Origin: Candidatus Thorarchaeota archaeon
GTDB lineage: Archaea; Asgardarchaeota; Thorarchaeia; Thorarchaeales; Thorarchaeaceae
Length of the DNA stretch: 64,000 bases
Direction: 5' to 3'
NCBI GenBank assembly: GCA_963726195.1
Contig: CAVSBO010000003.1
Span: 736,001 to 800,000 of the forward strand
Under the pieces are notes generated by a model, which did no database searches, was not told the origin of the DNA, and worked only from the letters and a program-made list of their open reading frames with translations. Of this stretch, positions 1 through 10,437 are shown piece after piece; position 1 is the first letter of the stretch, and each line of letters starts with the position of its first letter. The translations under genes and the position numbers were made by a program.

Positions 1-653
1 GCGCCCTGCAGCTTTGCTCCGGTCACCTTGGCGGCCTCTCTGGCACATATTACCACACCACGGGAAGTGGCTTCGTTCCGACCGAGGGATCCCCCTAGGA
101 TGATAGGTTTGCCTGTAACAACTGCAGGCTCGACGATTCCCATAGCAGCGCTATAGGTATCCATGATCCAAGCCATGGTCTGAGGGTTCGTGTTCACGTC
201 CGGAGCGGGGATATCCCTCAGCGGTCCAATAATGGTACTAATCTCGGAGGTGAATCTGCGGGTGAGCCTCTCAAGTTCGGCGCTGCTCATCTCTTTTGGA
301 TTGCAGATGATTCCACCTTTTCCTCCGCCGTACGGAATATCCATTACTGCCGTCTTCATTGACATCCAAGTGGCGAGCGCCTTGACCTCATCGACGTTTA
401 CGTCGGGACCGTATCGGATGCCACCTTTGAAGGGACCGCGCGCATCGTTATGTTGGACTCTGTAACCGCGGAACACCCGCAACTGACCATTGTCCATCCT
501 TATGGGAACTGCTACTTCTAGGACGCGTTTGGGCTGCTTTATGATTTCAATTATTCCAGGATCGACTTTCAGCCGCTTAGCGACAATATCTATCTGATGC
601 TGAGCAATCTGAAACGGGTTGTTAGCTGTGATGCCTTGTGTTTCCTCTTCCAA
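1..653 (-). CDS. gdhA: Glutamate dehydrogenase (Glu/Leu/Phe/Val DH family), N-terminal part; runs off window start
   Basis: Not in ORF track. Manual translation from TTG at 653 (GGAGGA RBS upstream): MEEETQGITANNPFQIAQHQIDIVAKRLKVDPGIIEIIKQPKRVLEVAVPIRMDNGQLRVFRGYRVQHNDARGPFKGGIRY...WMSMKTAVMDIPYGGGKGGI...DIPAPDVNT...TGKP...GSLGRNEATSRG. Confidence 0.95.
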   Translation of the reverse strand, partial: MEEETQGITANNPFQIAQHQIDIVAKRLKVDPGIIEIIKQPKRVLEVAVPIRMDNGQLRVFRGYRVQHNDARGPFKGGIRYGPDVNVDEVKALATWMSMKTAVMDIPYGGGKGGIICNPKEMSSAELERLTRRFTSEISTIIGPLRDIPAPDVNTNPQTMAWIMDTYSAAMGIVEPAVVTGKPIILGGSLGRNEATSRGVVICAREAAKVTGAKLQG

Positions 654-989
654 GTTGAGTTCCTCCGTTGAGAAGTGGTAAGGAAGCCATCCGCGGCTTG
701 AAGCTCCACCTATTAAAGATGCACGGTCAAATAGCAATCGTGGACAATTAGGACCCTGTTTTTATGAACTTCTTGCATCCCGGAGAACGACTGAGTCCCA
801 ATGCAGCATTCACGGGTTGAATTGGTGTACTGATGTGTCCTTCTGGGAATCTCGCGCAGTCGCGGTCACGTAGAGAGCACACCACCTACGTTGATCCAAG
901 ACTAGGGAATTCGCTGTGAGCCCATTTCGAGTACGCTCACAATAGAAGACAGCATTGCAGTCTGCACTGGCCATTCGAGTGCTGGAATC

Positions 990-2072
990 CTACTGCTTTG
1001 GCTCAAGCAGCTCCCTGAGCTTTCTCCCTTTGTACATCTCCATTCTCTTTCGTATGAGCATTAGTGCAACGATGTTGTAACTAAAGGAAATCGTCATGCG
1101 AGGGGTCAGGTATGTGACGCTTGCACCACCAAATGCGCCAGAAAATCTCTCCCTGTATCCTTCATCCCACTGGAGATAGTCGCCTATGCTTTGATGGTTT
1201 CCGATAATCAAGAGATTGTATCTTCCTTGCACGGTCCTTAGAGCAACGGGAACATGAGGGTCAGCCACAATCTCGCGCACTATCTTCTCCCACTGTTTCT
1301 TCACCTCCACGAGTGACAACGTTAGTATATAGTCAGGAGGGACGAAGTAGTTGGGGAAATTGCATACCGGACGGGAGATGTATCCTTCTTCTATCATCGA
1401 TGCAATGCGTTTCTCGACAGTCTTTCGATGCAGGCCCGTCTTCTGGCACAGGTGCGCCTCATTGATCTTTAGACCTACGCCAGAAGTCAGGCATTTCAGA
1501 ATCTCGAAGTCGAGGTCGGAGAGATCTAGTCCGTTCAAATGCTGGGAATTGTTTTGGTGAGACTCTTGCATCATAAGAGTCAGTCCAGAAGAGGGCTCAT
1601 GCTTGATCGTTAGTTCATTAGAGTGATAGGACGAACTCGAAAGAAAAGACGTCATATCTTCAGGAATGTCATATTCTGTTCTCATAATTGCTGGAAGAGA
1701 CTCCCTCCAGCGAAGATAGCTTGTCAGGTCTTGGTGATAAACGAACAACAGAGTGTTGAAGTCTGATTGCCTAGTCCTGAATGCCGCGAATATGTAGGGG
1801 TCTTCCTTGATCCATCTTTCGAATCGGGCGTCATCCGGAGCTTCAAGATATAGAATCACAAAGAGCGGGTAGACCCTGCCCAGCCCGACAAACGGAACAT
1901 GCGGGACATCTAGAACTCCGTGGTCCATTAGAGCTTGGACCCTGCCTGCTATTGTGTGCCTGTGGTGACCCAGTACGCGAGACAATTCGCTAAGATTGAC
2001 ACTGACAGCCTGTCCCGATACCAACTCCTCAAGAATGGTGAGATTGCTCTTGTCCGATAGAAGATCTGGCAC
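990..2072 (-). CDS. Lrp/AsnC-like transcriptional regulator with internally duplicated wHTH + RAM-like units
   Basis: Two similar halves: VNLSELSRVLGHHRHTIAGRVQALMDHGVL and INEAHLCQKTGLHRKTVEKRIASMIEEGYI. Each is followed by a DPY/DPH...F/LRT...YNLL effector-like domain. Confidence 0.7.
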   Translation of the reverse strand: MPDLLSDKSNLTILEELVSGQAVSVNLSELSRVLGHHRHTIAGRVQALMDHGVLDVPHVPFVGLGRVYPLFVILYLEAPDDARFERWIKEDPYIFAAFRTRQSDFNTLLFVYHQDLTSYLRWRESLPAIMRTEYDIPEDMTSFLSSSSYHSNELTIKHEPSSGLTLMMQESHQNNSQHLNGLDLSDLDFEILKCLTSGVGLKINEAHLCQKTGLHRKTVEKRIASMIEEGYISRPVCNFPNYFVPPDYILTLSLVEVKKQWEKIVREIVADPHVPVALRTVQGRYNLLIIGNHQSIGDYLQWDEGYRERFSGAFGGASVTYLTPRMTISFSYNIVALMLIRKRMEMYKGRKLRELLEPKQ

Positions 2073-2327
2073 GCAGCTAGGGCCGTTGTGACATAATTAA
2101 TACTTTTGTGTGCATGCAATACCAAAAATGTCAGTAGGAAAGCGGCATGCTGTAAGTGTACTTTCTGCATTCATCACCTAGATGAACGGTACGTAAATGC
2201 ATTCTCTAGGCCACTTTGATGCATTCTTTGGCACAAGTTCCTAGTCGGGGGTCCACGGAGGTTAAGTGTACTCCACTTATCGCGAAAGGCACGAGCTTCA
2301 ACAAAGAAGCCAGAAGAGCGATGAAAA

Positions 2328-3555
2328 ATGGCAACATTGAAGGATGCATCGACAGAAGTTCAATCGCAGCAGATGGCTATGCTCGAGCGAATGCTCGAGG
2401 ATGTTAACGTTGCTGCTTTCAGTGACAAATGGGGCCCTGAGAAGGTCCTTCGTGTCTATGATCCCAGCCTCGGGATGGAAGGGGTGCTCATCATAGACAA
2501 TACTGCACTCGGCCCAGGAAAGGGTGGCTTCAGAATCAGAGCAGGCCTAACGCCGCTTGAAGTCTTCGGACTAGCGAGGACAATGACTTGGAAATGCTCA
2601 CTTGCTGGTCTTCCATTTGGAGGAGCCAAAGGCGGTATTAATGCAGACCCATATTCAATCGACAAGCTGTCCTACGTCAGGTCATTCGCAAGAGCTGTAT
2701 CAGCTCACGTACCAGACGAATGGGTTTCTGCACCTGACATGAACGTGGGTGAAGAAGAGATCGCCGCATTTGTCGAAGTCGTTGGCGATAAGAAGGCCGC
2801 TACAGGAAAACCCGAGAGAATGGGAGGAATTCCTCACGAACTTGGAACGACGGGTTTCGGACTTGGAGTCGGTATAGAGACAACGCTAAGCATACTCTCT
2901 GAGTTTATTCCGGTCCAAAACACGGTCGATGGTCTCACCGTCGCAATCCATGGATTCGGCAATGTGGGATCGGAAGTAGCTGAAGTATCTCGTTCGCAAG
3001 GGTGCGAAAATCGTAGCTATTGGAGACTTCTGGGGAGGAGCTTACAATGCCAAAGGCATTGACATTGACGTAGCAATGAAGCATGCCTACGCAACAGACG
3101 AGGCTCACTCCTGCAAACACTGCAAGGGAGCCAGAGAGATTGGCAGAGACGAAGTTCTCGAAGTGGAATGTGATGTGCTGATTCCGGCTGCAGTTGGGAA
3201 TGTCATCACAGAGCGCAATGCAAGCAAGGTCCGAGCAGGGCTCATAGTCGAAGGTGCAAACAACCCGACGACTCAAGCCGGAGAAGAGATACTCTTCAAG
3301 AAAGGTGTTCTGATTTTGCCCGATATGCTTGCTAACTCTGGAGGCGTGATAGGTTCCTATGCTGAGTATCTTGGGAAGAGCATCGATGAAGCGTTCGCCA
3401 TGATCGATTCGAAGATCAGGGAGAACACGAAGCTGGTGCTGACCAGCTCAATCAGTGGTGACGTCGTGATGCTTCCGAGGGCCGTCGCAATGATGATTGC
3501 AAAGGAAAGGGTCCTGAAAGCAATGGAGCGACGCATGAACAAAGGGAGTCATTGA
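2328..3555 (+). CDS. Second Glu/Leu/Phe/Val dehydrogenase, one frameshift near 2982
   Basis: ORFs 2328-3062 and 3076-3555 join. Motifs KGGFR, TMTWK..AGLPFGGAKGG, APDMN, GFGNVG | KYLVRKGAKIVAIGD, DVLIPAA, EGANNP, PDMLANSGGVIGSY. Removing one G after GTAGCT restores the frame. Confidence 0.9.
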
Positions 3556-3579
3556 TCAAGAACAAAATGAGGTGAAAGA

Positions 3580-3864
3580 ATGGATAAGAAAATGATTGCT
3601 ATACTACAAGCGCTGGATATGGCTAAGGGATCCTGCCCAATAGGCTTCGTGTCACTGCATACGAATATTGCAGAACCGTTGCCGATTCTTGAGTCTCTCG
3701 AGAAGGCAGGGCTTACTCGACGCGTCGAGTCTAGGGAATGGTCACTGACAGGCGGTCCTCGATTCGAGATTACCGAGAAAGCGCGCAAGCAGCTAAAGGA
3801 AATGGAGTCTGCAAGTCCGGAGGTCTCACTCAGCGTTGTTGAAGAGGCCCTGACTCATCACTAG
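3580..3864 (+). CDS. Small winged-helix protein
   Basis: ILESLEKAGLTRRV...RFEITEKAR wHTH pattern; GAGGTGA RBS; directly downstream of the second dehydrogenase. Confidence 0.6.
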   Translation: MDKKMIAILQALDMAKGSCPIGFVSLHTNIAEPLPILESLEKAGLTRRVESREWSLTGGPRFEITEKARKQLKEMESASPEVSLSVVEEALTHH

Positions 3865-3924
3865 GCAGATAGTGCCTGGCAAAAGCGGACAATTTCTGAT
3901 CTAGATTAACCAAAGACGTGCGGG

Positions 3925-3956
3925 CCTCCGTGATTACGGTATCGCCGACACGGAGG
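3925..3956. terminator. Inverted repeat between convergent genes
   Basis: CCTCCGTG (3925-3932) ... CACGGAGG (3949-3956). Confidence 0.35.
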
Positions 3957-4020
3957 ACACCGACGTCACACTGTTTCTTTTCAAGACGCTAGCAATCCCG
4001 TTAGCGAGGCACCTTGACAA

Positions 4021-4750
4021 CTATCGCCCGAAAGGTCCGTCGTGGTCAGCGCGCCCGTAGGCCCTTCTTTCAGACTCCTCCGAAGTCAAGCGATCCACCT
4101 CTGGGATGACACGAGAACATCTTGACATCGCACTCATCGCAGACCAGTGCGTGTGTCTCTTTGATTCCCACTATTCTTCCACACGAAATGCAAGTCCACA
4201 GGCCTCCTTGGTAGAGCTTGGTCTTTCGAAACACAGACCGGGCCATAGGTGCAAGGGACTCCGGACAGTCTGCAGCAACTCCCTGAATCCCATCATTCGA
4301 CCACTCACAAACGAGGGATACGAGTGTCGTAAGGAGTTCAATGACCTTGGTGGTGTCCTCATCCACTGCAGGGCTCCGTTCACTCGTAATATGTTGAGGG
4401 GTATCGGGAATGGCCGACAGTAGCTCAAGAAAGGCAAAGAAAGCAGGAGGAGGAAGAGCGTCCTTTGCCTCTGACTCTACCATTCGTGCTAAGACTGCAG
4501 ACATCATAAGGGTCTGCGAATAGTCTCGACGAAGTATTCTCAATGCCTCATCCACTATCAAGACGGGGTTCAGACGATACTGCTCAGGATTCAGTCCGAT
4601 CTGTTCGACGATTGTTCCCACTGAATGGAGAAACCCCTTGCCCTTGCTCATATCACGATTGACTCGCTTAGCTACCTCTGGGTAGTCTAGGCCCGAATCT
4701 TGGGCAACCTTTCGTAACAAATCACGGGCTGTCAGAATCACAAAGAGCAC
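4021..4750 (-). CDS. Hypothetical helical protein with C-terminal CxxC..CxxC zinc finger; probable frameshift near 4115
   Basis: WTCISCG...LVCDECD; the alternative frame continues MSRVIPEVDRL...GPFGR* to 4021. Confidence 0.6.
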
Positions 4751-4906
4751 GTACCTTTTCTACTAGGGCTCTTTCGTCACACAATTCATTTTAGGTTGTC
4801 GTACGTGTCGTAATGACACCGAAGAACGAGAATCCCCACGGAAGAGTTCCGAACAGTTCTTTACCAGCGGCAGGGGACAACTCTATTAAAGGGCGTATCT
4901 CGCGGC

Positions 4907-5902
4907 TTGACGACAATGAAGGAATACGATGTAGTTCTTGCCAGTGGTGCTGAACACCTTAGACAGTGTTTTGAGAAGCACGGATACCGTGTCTTCAGCT
5001 GTGCAATGAACTACGATGGCCGTCGTATGTTTCCCAATGCAGATGTATACGCTCGCATTCCAGACGTGGAGAAGCTGTCCGACCGTAGAGTGGTCGTGAT
5101 TCAGAGCTGCACCGGGTCTAGTCCATCCGACAAGGAAGCGTTCACCACGTCGGACCGTGTTGTGGAGCTGCTTCTCATTCTCGATATTCTCGCCCAGCCA
5201 TATAACGTGGAGGAGTTAAGTCACAAGCAGTATCGGTCCAAGCCGATTCTGCCTCCCTCTCATGTTGAAGTGGTTCTCACGTTTCAGCCATTTGGCCTCC
5301 AGGACAAGGCCTTCAAGACAGGCGAGGCGATATCTTGCAAGTGGGCGGCAGAGCAGATAACTCGAGCATGCAACAAGGTTTGGGTCGTGAACCCACATGC
5401 GAAGCCAAACCTTCCATGGGTTAAAGCAATCACTTCAAGGGGAGCCTACCAAGAAATCGACATCATGCCGGATCTGATTGAGTTCGCAGCTGCAAGGTTT
5501 GGGTTTGACAAGTATTCAGTCATTACCCCTGACGAGGGGGGCCAGGAGCGATTTGCTGTCGAAGGCTTTGGAAAGAAGCGCACCAATTCCTATTCGGTGG
5601 AACTTTCAGGAGACGTCAAGGTCAAAGCAAAGAGAGTCATCTTAATAGACGACCTCACAAAGAGCGGGACGACTCTGTTGAAGGCCGCCGAGAGACTTCG
5701 GGCCCAAGGTGCGTCCGATGTGGGACTAGCTGTAGTCCACGTGATGCCACTCGCCGACAAGGGCGAGCAGCTGCTTGAGAACCTAGTTGAAAAAAGCGGC
5801 GGACGTATTGTAACCTCCAACACTATACATACACGGATATTCTGTGAACAAAGACCCGAGAACACCTACAATGTCGTCGATTCGCTTGTGAAAATCATCT
5901 AG
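4907..5902 (+). CDS. prs: Ribose-phosphate pyrophosphokinase-like (archaeal class III PRPP synthase/PRTase)
   Basis: FPNADVYARI, QDKAFKTGEAIS, TPDEGG and the PRPP-binding loop VILIDDLTKSGTTL. Confidence 0.75.
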   Translation: MTTMKEYDVVLASGAEHLRQCFEKHGYRVFSCAMNYDGRRMFPNADVYARIPDVEKLSDRRVVVIQSCTGSSPSDKEAFTTSDRVVELLLILDILAQPYNVEELSHKQYRSKPILPPSHVEVVLTFQPFGLQDKAFKTGEAISCKWAAEQITRACNKVWVVNPHAKPNLPWVKAITSRGAYQEIDIMPDLIEFAAARFGFDKYSVITPDEGGQERFAVEGFGKKRTNSYSVELSGDVKVKAKRVILIDDLTKSGTTLLKAAERLRAQGASDVGLAVVHVMPLADKGEQLLENLVEKSGGRIVTSNTIHTRIFCEQRPENTYNVVDSLVKII

Positions 5903-5980
5903 TGCCAGGGTTTGGTGCCCTTTATCGGCAACACATAATTACTCATGTGTGCACTGAAGTCACTGCGTGAGGTGACCGGT

Positions 5981-7639
5981 GTGGTACATCAGATTCATCT
6001 GAGCTTCGCAAACTCAATGTTAGGTGGTCGACCCAAGAGCGAACCTAACCATATTGCATCGTCGCTTGGTTTCATTCTTGCAGATTCTTATGGCGGCAGT
6101 AAGAGACTAACTGGTCTTGCTCAAGTGTCTATCCCATTCTGGATCGTCCAAGTATCAAGCACTGAGTCTATAATCCTTACTGCGATTAGCGATAAACCCG
6201 CAGCTCTTGAGTCCACTGAGAACACGGCCCTAAGCTCAGTGAAGAAGTCGCTCGGCGAAGTGGCCGAACCACGTGATATTCCTGCGGCTGTAGAGAGGGC
6301 ATTGACGTACCTAGGCAGTGTTGAACGCAAGATGCAGTATGTCAAGCACTTGGATGAACCGGAGTCAATCGTCCGCGTTGCCAACTGGTTTGGGGAAACC
6401 GAACCCACTTCGAAACCCAATAGGCCTGAATTAAGAATCGATTCACAAGGAGCGCTCAGCATCAGCCAGCAGTTTCAACAGCTTCGAGAGTCCGCAGCGA
6501 GAAGAGTCGCCGAGTGTGAAGAACTTGAGAAATTCACGAAGGAGAGAATCGCGTCACGAGTGGATAACCTGACCGAATTGGTAAAGGCTGAAAGAGAACG
6601 GTGGAGGAGGAGGTCGCAGACTCTTGAGGAGATTGTGAACCTTGAATCGGCGGAACTCGCAGAGAAGAAGAGTGATGCGCTATCGGACATTGAGATGAAG
6701 TACAGAATGGGCCTCCGCGCTCTCACGGCAGAGTTCGCCAGAGACAGCACATCGTTGGAGCAATTCTTTGTTGAGCTTCTTGAACAGATAAGAGAAAGCC
6801 GCACATCAATTGGACAAAAGGGCGAGGACATAGACGGAGCAATCGATGAGTTCGATAACCTTGTCAACTTCCTCTCAGAACACGTCAGTCAGTACACCAA
6901 TAGCATCGAGGATATAAAGCTGAAAGCGACGCAAACCCTCGAGAGGGTTTCCACTCTCAGTCGAACAGCGGATGAAGAAAAGGCGAAGACGGCTGAATCG
7001 CTGGACTCGCAGATTAGAGAACATCAGCACCGCATTGTCGAATTTGACATGGAACGAACCAAGAATGAGAACGAGCTTGAGGAGATTTCAGATGCAGCGA
7101 CATCTTCAGCCAGCACATTAGAGAGAGCCATAGGGCAGCGGCTTGACGAGCTGAAGAGCGAACAGCGTAATCTTATGGCGTTCGCGTTTGAAAGTGACAA
7201 AATCAAGGAATTGGCTCCTCTTACGCTCCTCGACATCGATGTGTTTGTTGCCACGTATGAGACCGGAGAAGTCAAGGTCTTCGTACCCTCGGCCTTGCCC
7301 TCAGAACGCTTTTCGATGCCGCTCAGACAGGTTCCTGTTGACCAGAGCCTTGACGAGCACATCCGAACGATGATTTCAGACCTATCTGGAACAAGCTCGG
7401 CATTCAGGAATAGCTTTCAGAAGGTTTGTCTCGAGGGAAATATGCTGCTCGCAGGAGGAGCCCGAAACCAAGTCCAGTCAGGCCTCAATCAGATCCAGGC
7501 AAGGCAATTGCTGAAGGAAGGAGTTGCGGAACGTGTGACCGCGCAATGGGACAAGTATGCAGGTAAGTGTCCCAAATGCGGTAGCGAAATACCGGGTGCT
7601 AGCAAATCCTGTCCGAAATGCGGGACGAAGGTGGCCTAA
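5981..7639 (+). CDS. Long coiled-coil protein with C-terminal double zinc ribbon
   Basis: Heptad-rich central ~250 aa; C-terminal CPKCG..IP..SKSCPKCG; GTG start after GAGGTGA. Confidence 0.75.
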   Translation: MVHQIHLSFANSMLGGRPKSEPNHIASSLGFILADSYGGSKRLTGLAQVSIPFWIVQVSSTESIILTAISDKPAALESTENTALSSVKKSLGEVAEPRDIPAAVERALTYLGSVERKMQYVKHLDEPESIVRVANWFGETEPTSKPNRPELRIDSQGALSISQQFQQLRESAARRVAECEELEKFTKERIASRVDNLTELVKAERERWRRRSQTLEEIVNLESAELAEKKSDALSDIEMKYRMGLRALTAEFARDSTSLEQFFVELLEQIRESRTSIGQKGEDIDGAIDEFDNLVNFLSEHVSQYTNSIEDIKLKATQTLERVSTLSRTADEEKAKTAESLDSQIREHQHRIVEFDMERTKNENELEEISDAATSSASTLERAIGQRLDELKSEQRNLMAFAFESDKIKELAPLTLLDIDVFVATYETGEVKVFVPSALPSERFSMPLRQVPVDQSLDEHIRTMISDLSGTSSAFRNSFQKVCLEGNMLLAGGARNQVQSGLNQIQARQLLKEGVAERVTAQWDKYAGKCPKCGSEIPGASKSCPKCGTKVA

Positions 7640-7640
7640 T

Positions 7641-7865
7641 CTACTCTGCTTCTGACTGGCCTTTGGAAGTAGCCACAAAAGTCTTTGATGTGAACCTCTC
7701 AACTAGACCTTTGCTTTCAAGGTTCACAAGGGCTGCAACAACCTGATTCTGGTCGCATGAAAAATGACGGGCAATGAGAGCTTTCGCGATAGCTGAGGGC
7801 CTATGGCTATCCTTTGCCACGTAACTCAAGATTCTTCGTTCAAGCTCTGTAAGATCGCCGCTCAT
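7641..7865 (-). CDS. Small winged-helix DNA-binding protein
   Basis: LTELERRILSYV...PSAIAKAL...VVAALVNLESKGLVER. Confidence 0.7.
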   Translation of the reverse strand: MSGDLTELERRILSYVAKDSHRPSAIAKALIARHFSCDQNQVVAALVNLESKGLVERFTSKTFVATSKGQSEAE

Positions 7866-8016
7866 AGTCATCACTTCTCGGCGCCGCGTGAATGGCACTT
7901 TTAACTATGTCGATGCATTTCCTTGCGGCGCATGCCTTCCCATTGGTAGTATTGCGACCTCTCATAGGAAACGCTTTTTATCAGAGCCGTGCGTCAGCCC
8001 AGTCGTCGGTGATCGG

Positions 8017-8763
8017 GTGACCGCTGAACGTGAGTATCACATAGCAATCTCGCGGGGTGAGATTCCGCCGCTTGTTCTATTACCCGGGGATCCAGATAGA
8101 GCTCGTCTGATCGCAGAGGGTTTCTTCACCGACCCACAGGAAGTTGCTCGACACAGGGAGTACTGGAGCTACAAGGGTAAGTACCAAGGAGTTCCTGTGG
8201 GCGTCTGTTCAACAGGCATCGGGTGCCCGTCAGCTGCAATTGCCCTAGAGGAGCTAATCAGGGTAGGCTGCACGACTTTCATTCGAGTTGGCACGGCAGG
8301 TGCCATGGATCCTTCTCTCAAGGCCGGGGATCTCGTCATATTCACAGGAGCAGTCCGAGACGAAGGAACGTCCAGGCAGTATGCGCCAATCGAGTTTCCT
8401 GCAGTGGCCGATCCCGATGTTGTGAAGGCTCTGAGTGAGTCCGCACGAGAGAGGGGAGTCAGGTATCGTGTGGGGATTGGCCACACGAAAGACGCGTTCT
8501 ACAGTGAGTTTCCAGATCTGGTCTCAGATCCGGAAGGGATGCGTAACCACTGGCAACAGCTTCGGAACGCGAATGTGATTGCCACCGAGATGGAATCTCC
8601 CGCTCTTTTTGTCTTGGGCCAAGTCAGGCAAGTCAAAGTGGGAACCGCCTGCGTAATAGTGGGGGAATCGGTCGACAAGCAGGCGAAAATCGTCGGCAAA
8701 CCTAAGATAGAAGAGCTCACTCTTGTAGCGCTTGGTGCGCTGAAGAGATTGTGGAACCATTAG
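8017..8763 (+). CDS. udp: Uridine/nucleoside phosphorylase
   Basis: LLPGDPDRA, HREY, STGIGCPSAAIALEEL, FIRVGTAG, RDEGTS, ATEMES. Confidence 0.9.
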   Translation: MTAEREYHIAISRGEIPPLVLLPGDPDRARLIAEGFFTDPQEVARHREYWSYKGKYQGVPVGVCSTGIGCPSAAIALEELIRVGCTTFIRVGTAGAMDPSLKAGDLVIFTGAVRDEGTSRQYAPIEFPAVADPDVVKALSESARERGVRYRVGIGHTKDAFYSEFPDLVSDPEGMRNHWQQLRNANVIATEMESPALFVLGQVRQVKVGTACVIVGESVDKQAKIVGKPKIEELTLVALGALKRLWNH

Positions 8764-8908
8764 GTTTGCTTACCACATCGCATGGATTCCAATCCTGCCC
8801 ATTGCCGATTGACCCCGGGGCACCGCTCCTTTCATCGGCTATGTATCTTCGCAAATCTGCCCTGTTGGATTATTTGAAGAGTGCCTCGTGACGTGGTATG
8901 TTGGTCTT

Positions 8909-9691
8909 CTATATGCCACCAAACCAGACTCTCTTTTGAGCCGCCAATTGGAGATTCTCGGCGGTCTTCCTGTCCAGTCCTGTCATAGTCGCCAACTGGT
9001 CCGAAGTCGTGGAGACCAAGTCTGTCACTGTGGCAATACCTGCGCCCATGATCGCCTTTGTCATGGAATCGGTGGCTCCAATTTCGCTCAGCAAAGACTT
9101 GAGCTCATTGACGCTTCTCTCATCGGGAACCGGAGGAGCCACACCAGGCATTTCTGTCTCAATTGATTCGTCCTCTGGAGCTGGCTTGGCCTTCGGGGCT
9201 TGCACTTTACGTGACTCAGCGGGAAGGCTGTACCTCTCAATGAATGAAGGGCGCAGGAACAGTGTTCCGAAGAGAATCATCACAACAAACGATGGGACAA
9301 GTATTATTGGACCCACGTCCGCTCCGACAATCGTCCAACCCTCTCCAAAGACGGGGATTGCGCTCTTCGCCCCGGTCAAGAGAATCGCGACCAACGAGCC
9401 ACCCGATAACTCTGTTGCTAATGCGAACCACACGGGAGTGAATAGAGCCAGACCTCCGATCTCATATATCAGGACTTCTCTAAGCATCGCTTTGTTCATG
9501 AAGAAGACCGCGAGCGGTGGCGCGATCAGTATGACTACACATACACCTACCCAGATCAAGAAAATACTCCAAAGTCCGGCCAAAGCAGTCGGGTCGGTGA
9601 CGCCATAACTGACTATCTTGAGAACCGCTAACTCCGAGAATACTATGGCTGGAAGCATGGCGCCGAGGAAGACACCGTAGGCGTATCTCAT
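8909..9691 (-). CDS. Multi-TM membrane protein with C-terminal helix-hairpin-helix-like domain
   Basis: 4-5 hydrophobic segments, then IGATDSMTKAIMGAGIATVTDLVSTTSDQLATMTGLDRKTAENLQLAA (HhH_5/Rad51-N/NusA-like). Likely start is the ATG at 9691. Confidence 0.65.
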   Translation of the reverse strand: MRYAYGVFLGAMLPAIVFSELAVLKIVSYGVTDPTALAGLWSIFLIWVGVCVVILIAPPLAVFFMNKAMLREVLIYEIGGLALFTPVWFALATELSGGSLVAILLTGAKSAIPVFGEGWTIVGADVGPIILVPSFVVMILFGTLFLRPSFIERYSLPAESRKVQAPKAKPAPEDESIETEMPGVAPPVPDERSVNELKSLLSEIGATDSMTKAIMGAGIATVTDLVSTTSDQLATMTGLDRKTAENLQLAAQKRVWFGGI

Positions 9692-10437
9692 GTGTATACT
9701 CGACCTCTTCGTTTGGACGGTCCCTTTGAGAGGCCTTAAAGATATCTCGCGGAAACCTATCCTTCGAATGAACTGAGGGCTAGCCTGCGAAGAAACACCA
9801 CGGGAAGGGCTTGCAAAGTCACTCGACCAAGAACTGCTTACAGAATCTGTGCGATTGATTGTTCTTCTGGGTGACAACACGTAGGGAAATGGCGGGTAGG
9901 GTTTGCGTCTAGTCAGACTTCGCGAATTCCGAAAGTGCGAGAGTAGCGAGGACGCCAGAGCCATGGACATTTCGCCGCAATCACGAGAGTATTCCGCTCA
10001 GACTCGACCCAAGGACCGTTTGCTTCCAGACTGTCAGCACTGCGGCAGCGAATCAGAACAGAAGCAGGCGTTCATCGCAGACATGGAATCGCCCTTCTCG
10101 CGCCACGGATTCACGAGTGTCCTCGGACTTCGAATCAGCTTGCTTCTGTATCTAGCGAAACTCTTCGCGACTCCAATCAAAACGCCAGTATGGCATCATC
10201 TACCAACGTTACGAGCAACATACGCTTATCTATCATTATACCATATTCATATTCTGTCTGGGACCCAGTTCTCTCCGCTTGAACTCTCTCCTCCTTCACG
10301 AGCAAAGCATGCTCGACTCTCCTCCTTTCTCAAGTCCCAGGCACTTCCTCAAATCAGCGCTAGCTGGGCTTGCTCCAGCAGCCTGTTTTGGCAAAGTTTT
10401 AAAGGCAGACCCGGCGGGCCATCGCGAGGAGCAACAG

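Noticed and set aside
190-465. Plus-strand 91-aa ORF and the many similar antisense/overlapping ORFs in the track
   Set aside because: They are shadows of well-supported genes on the other strand or frame (here gdhA) and carry no motifs
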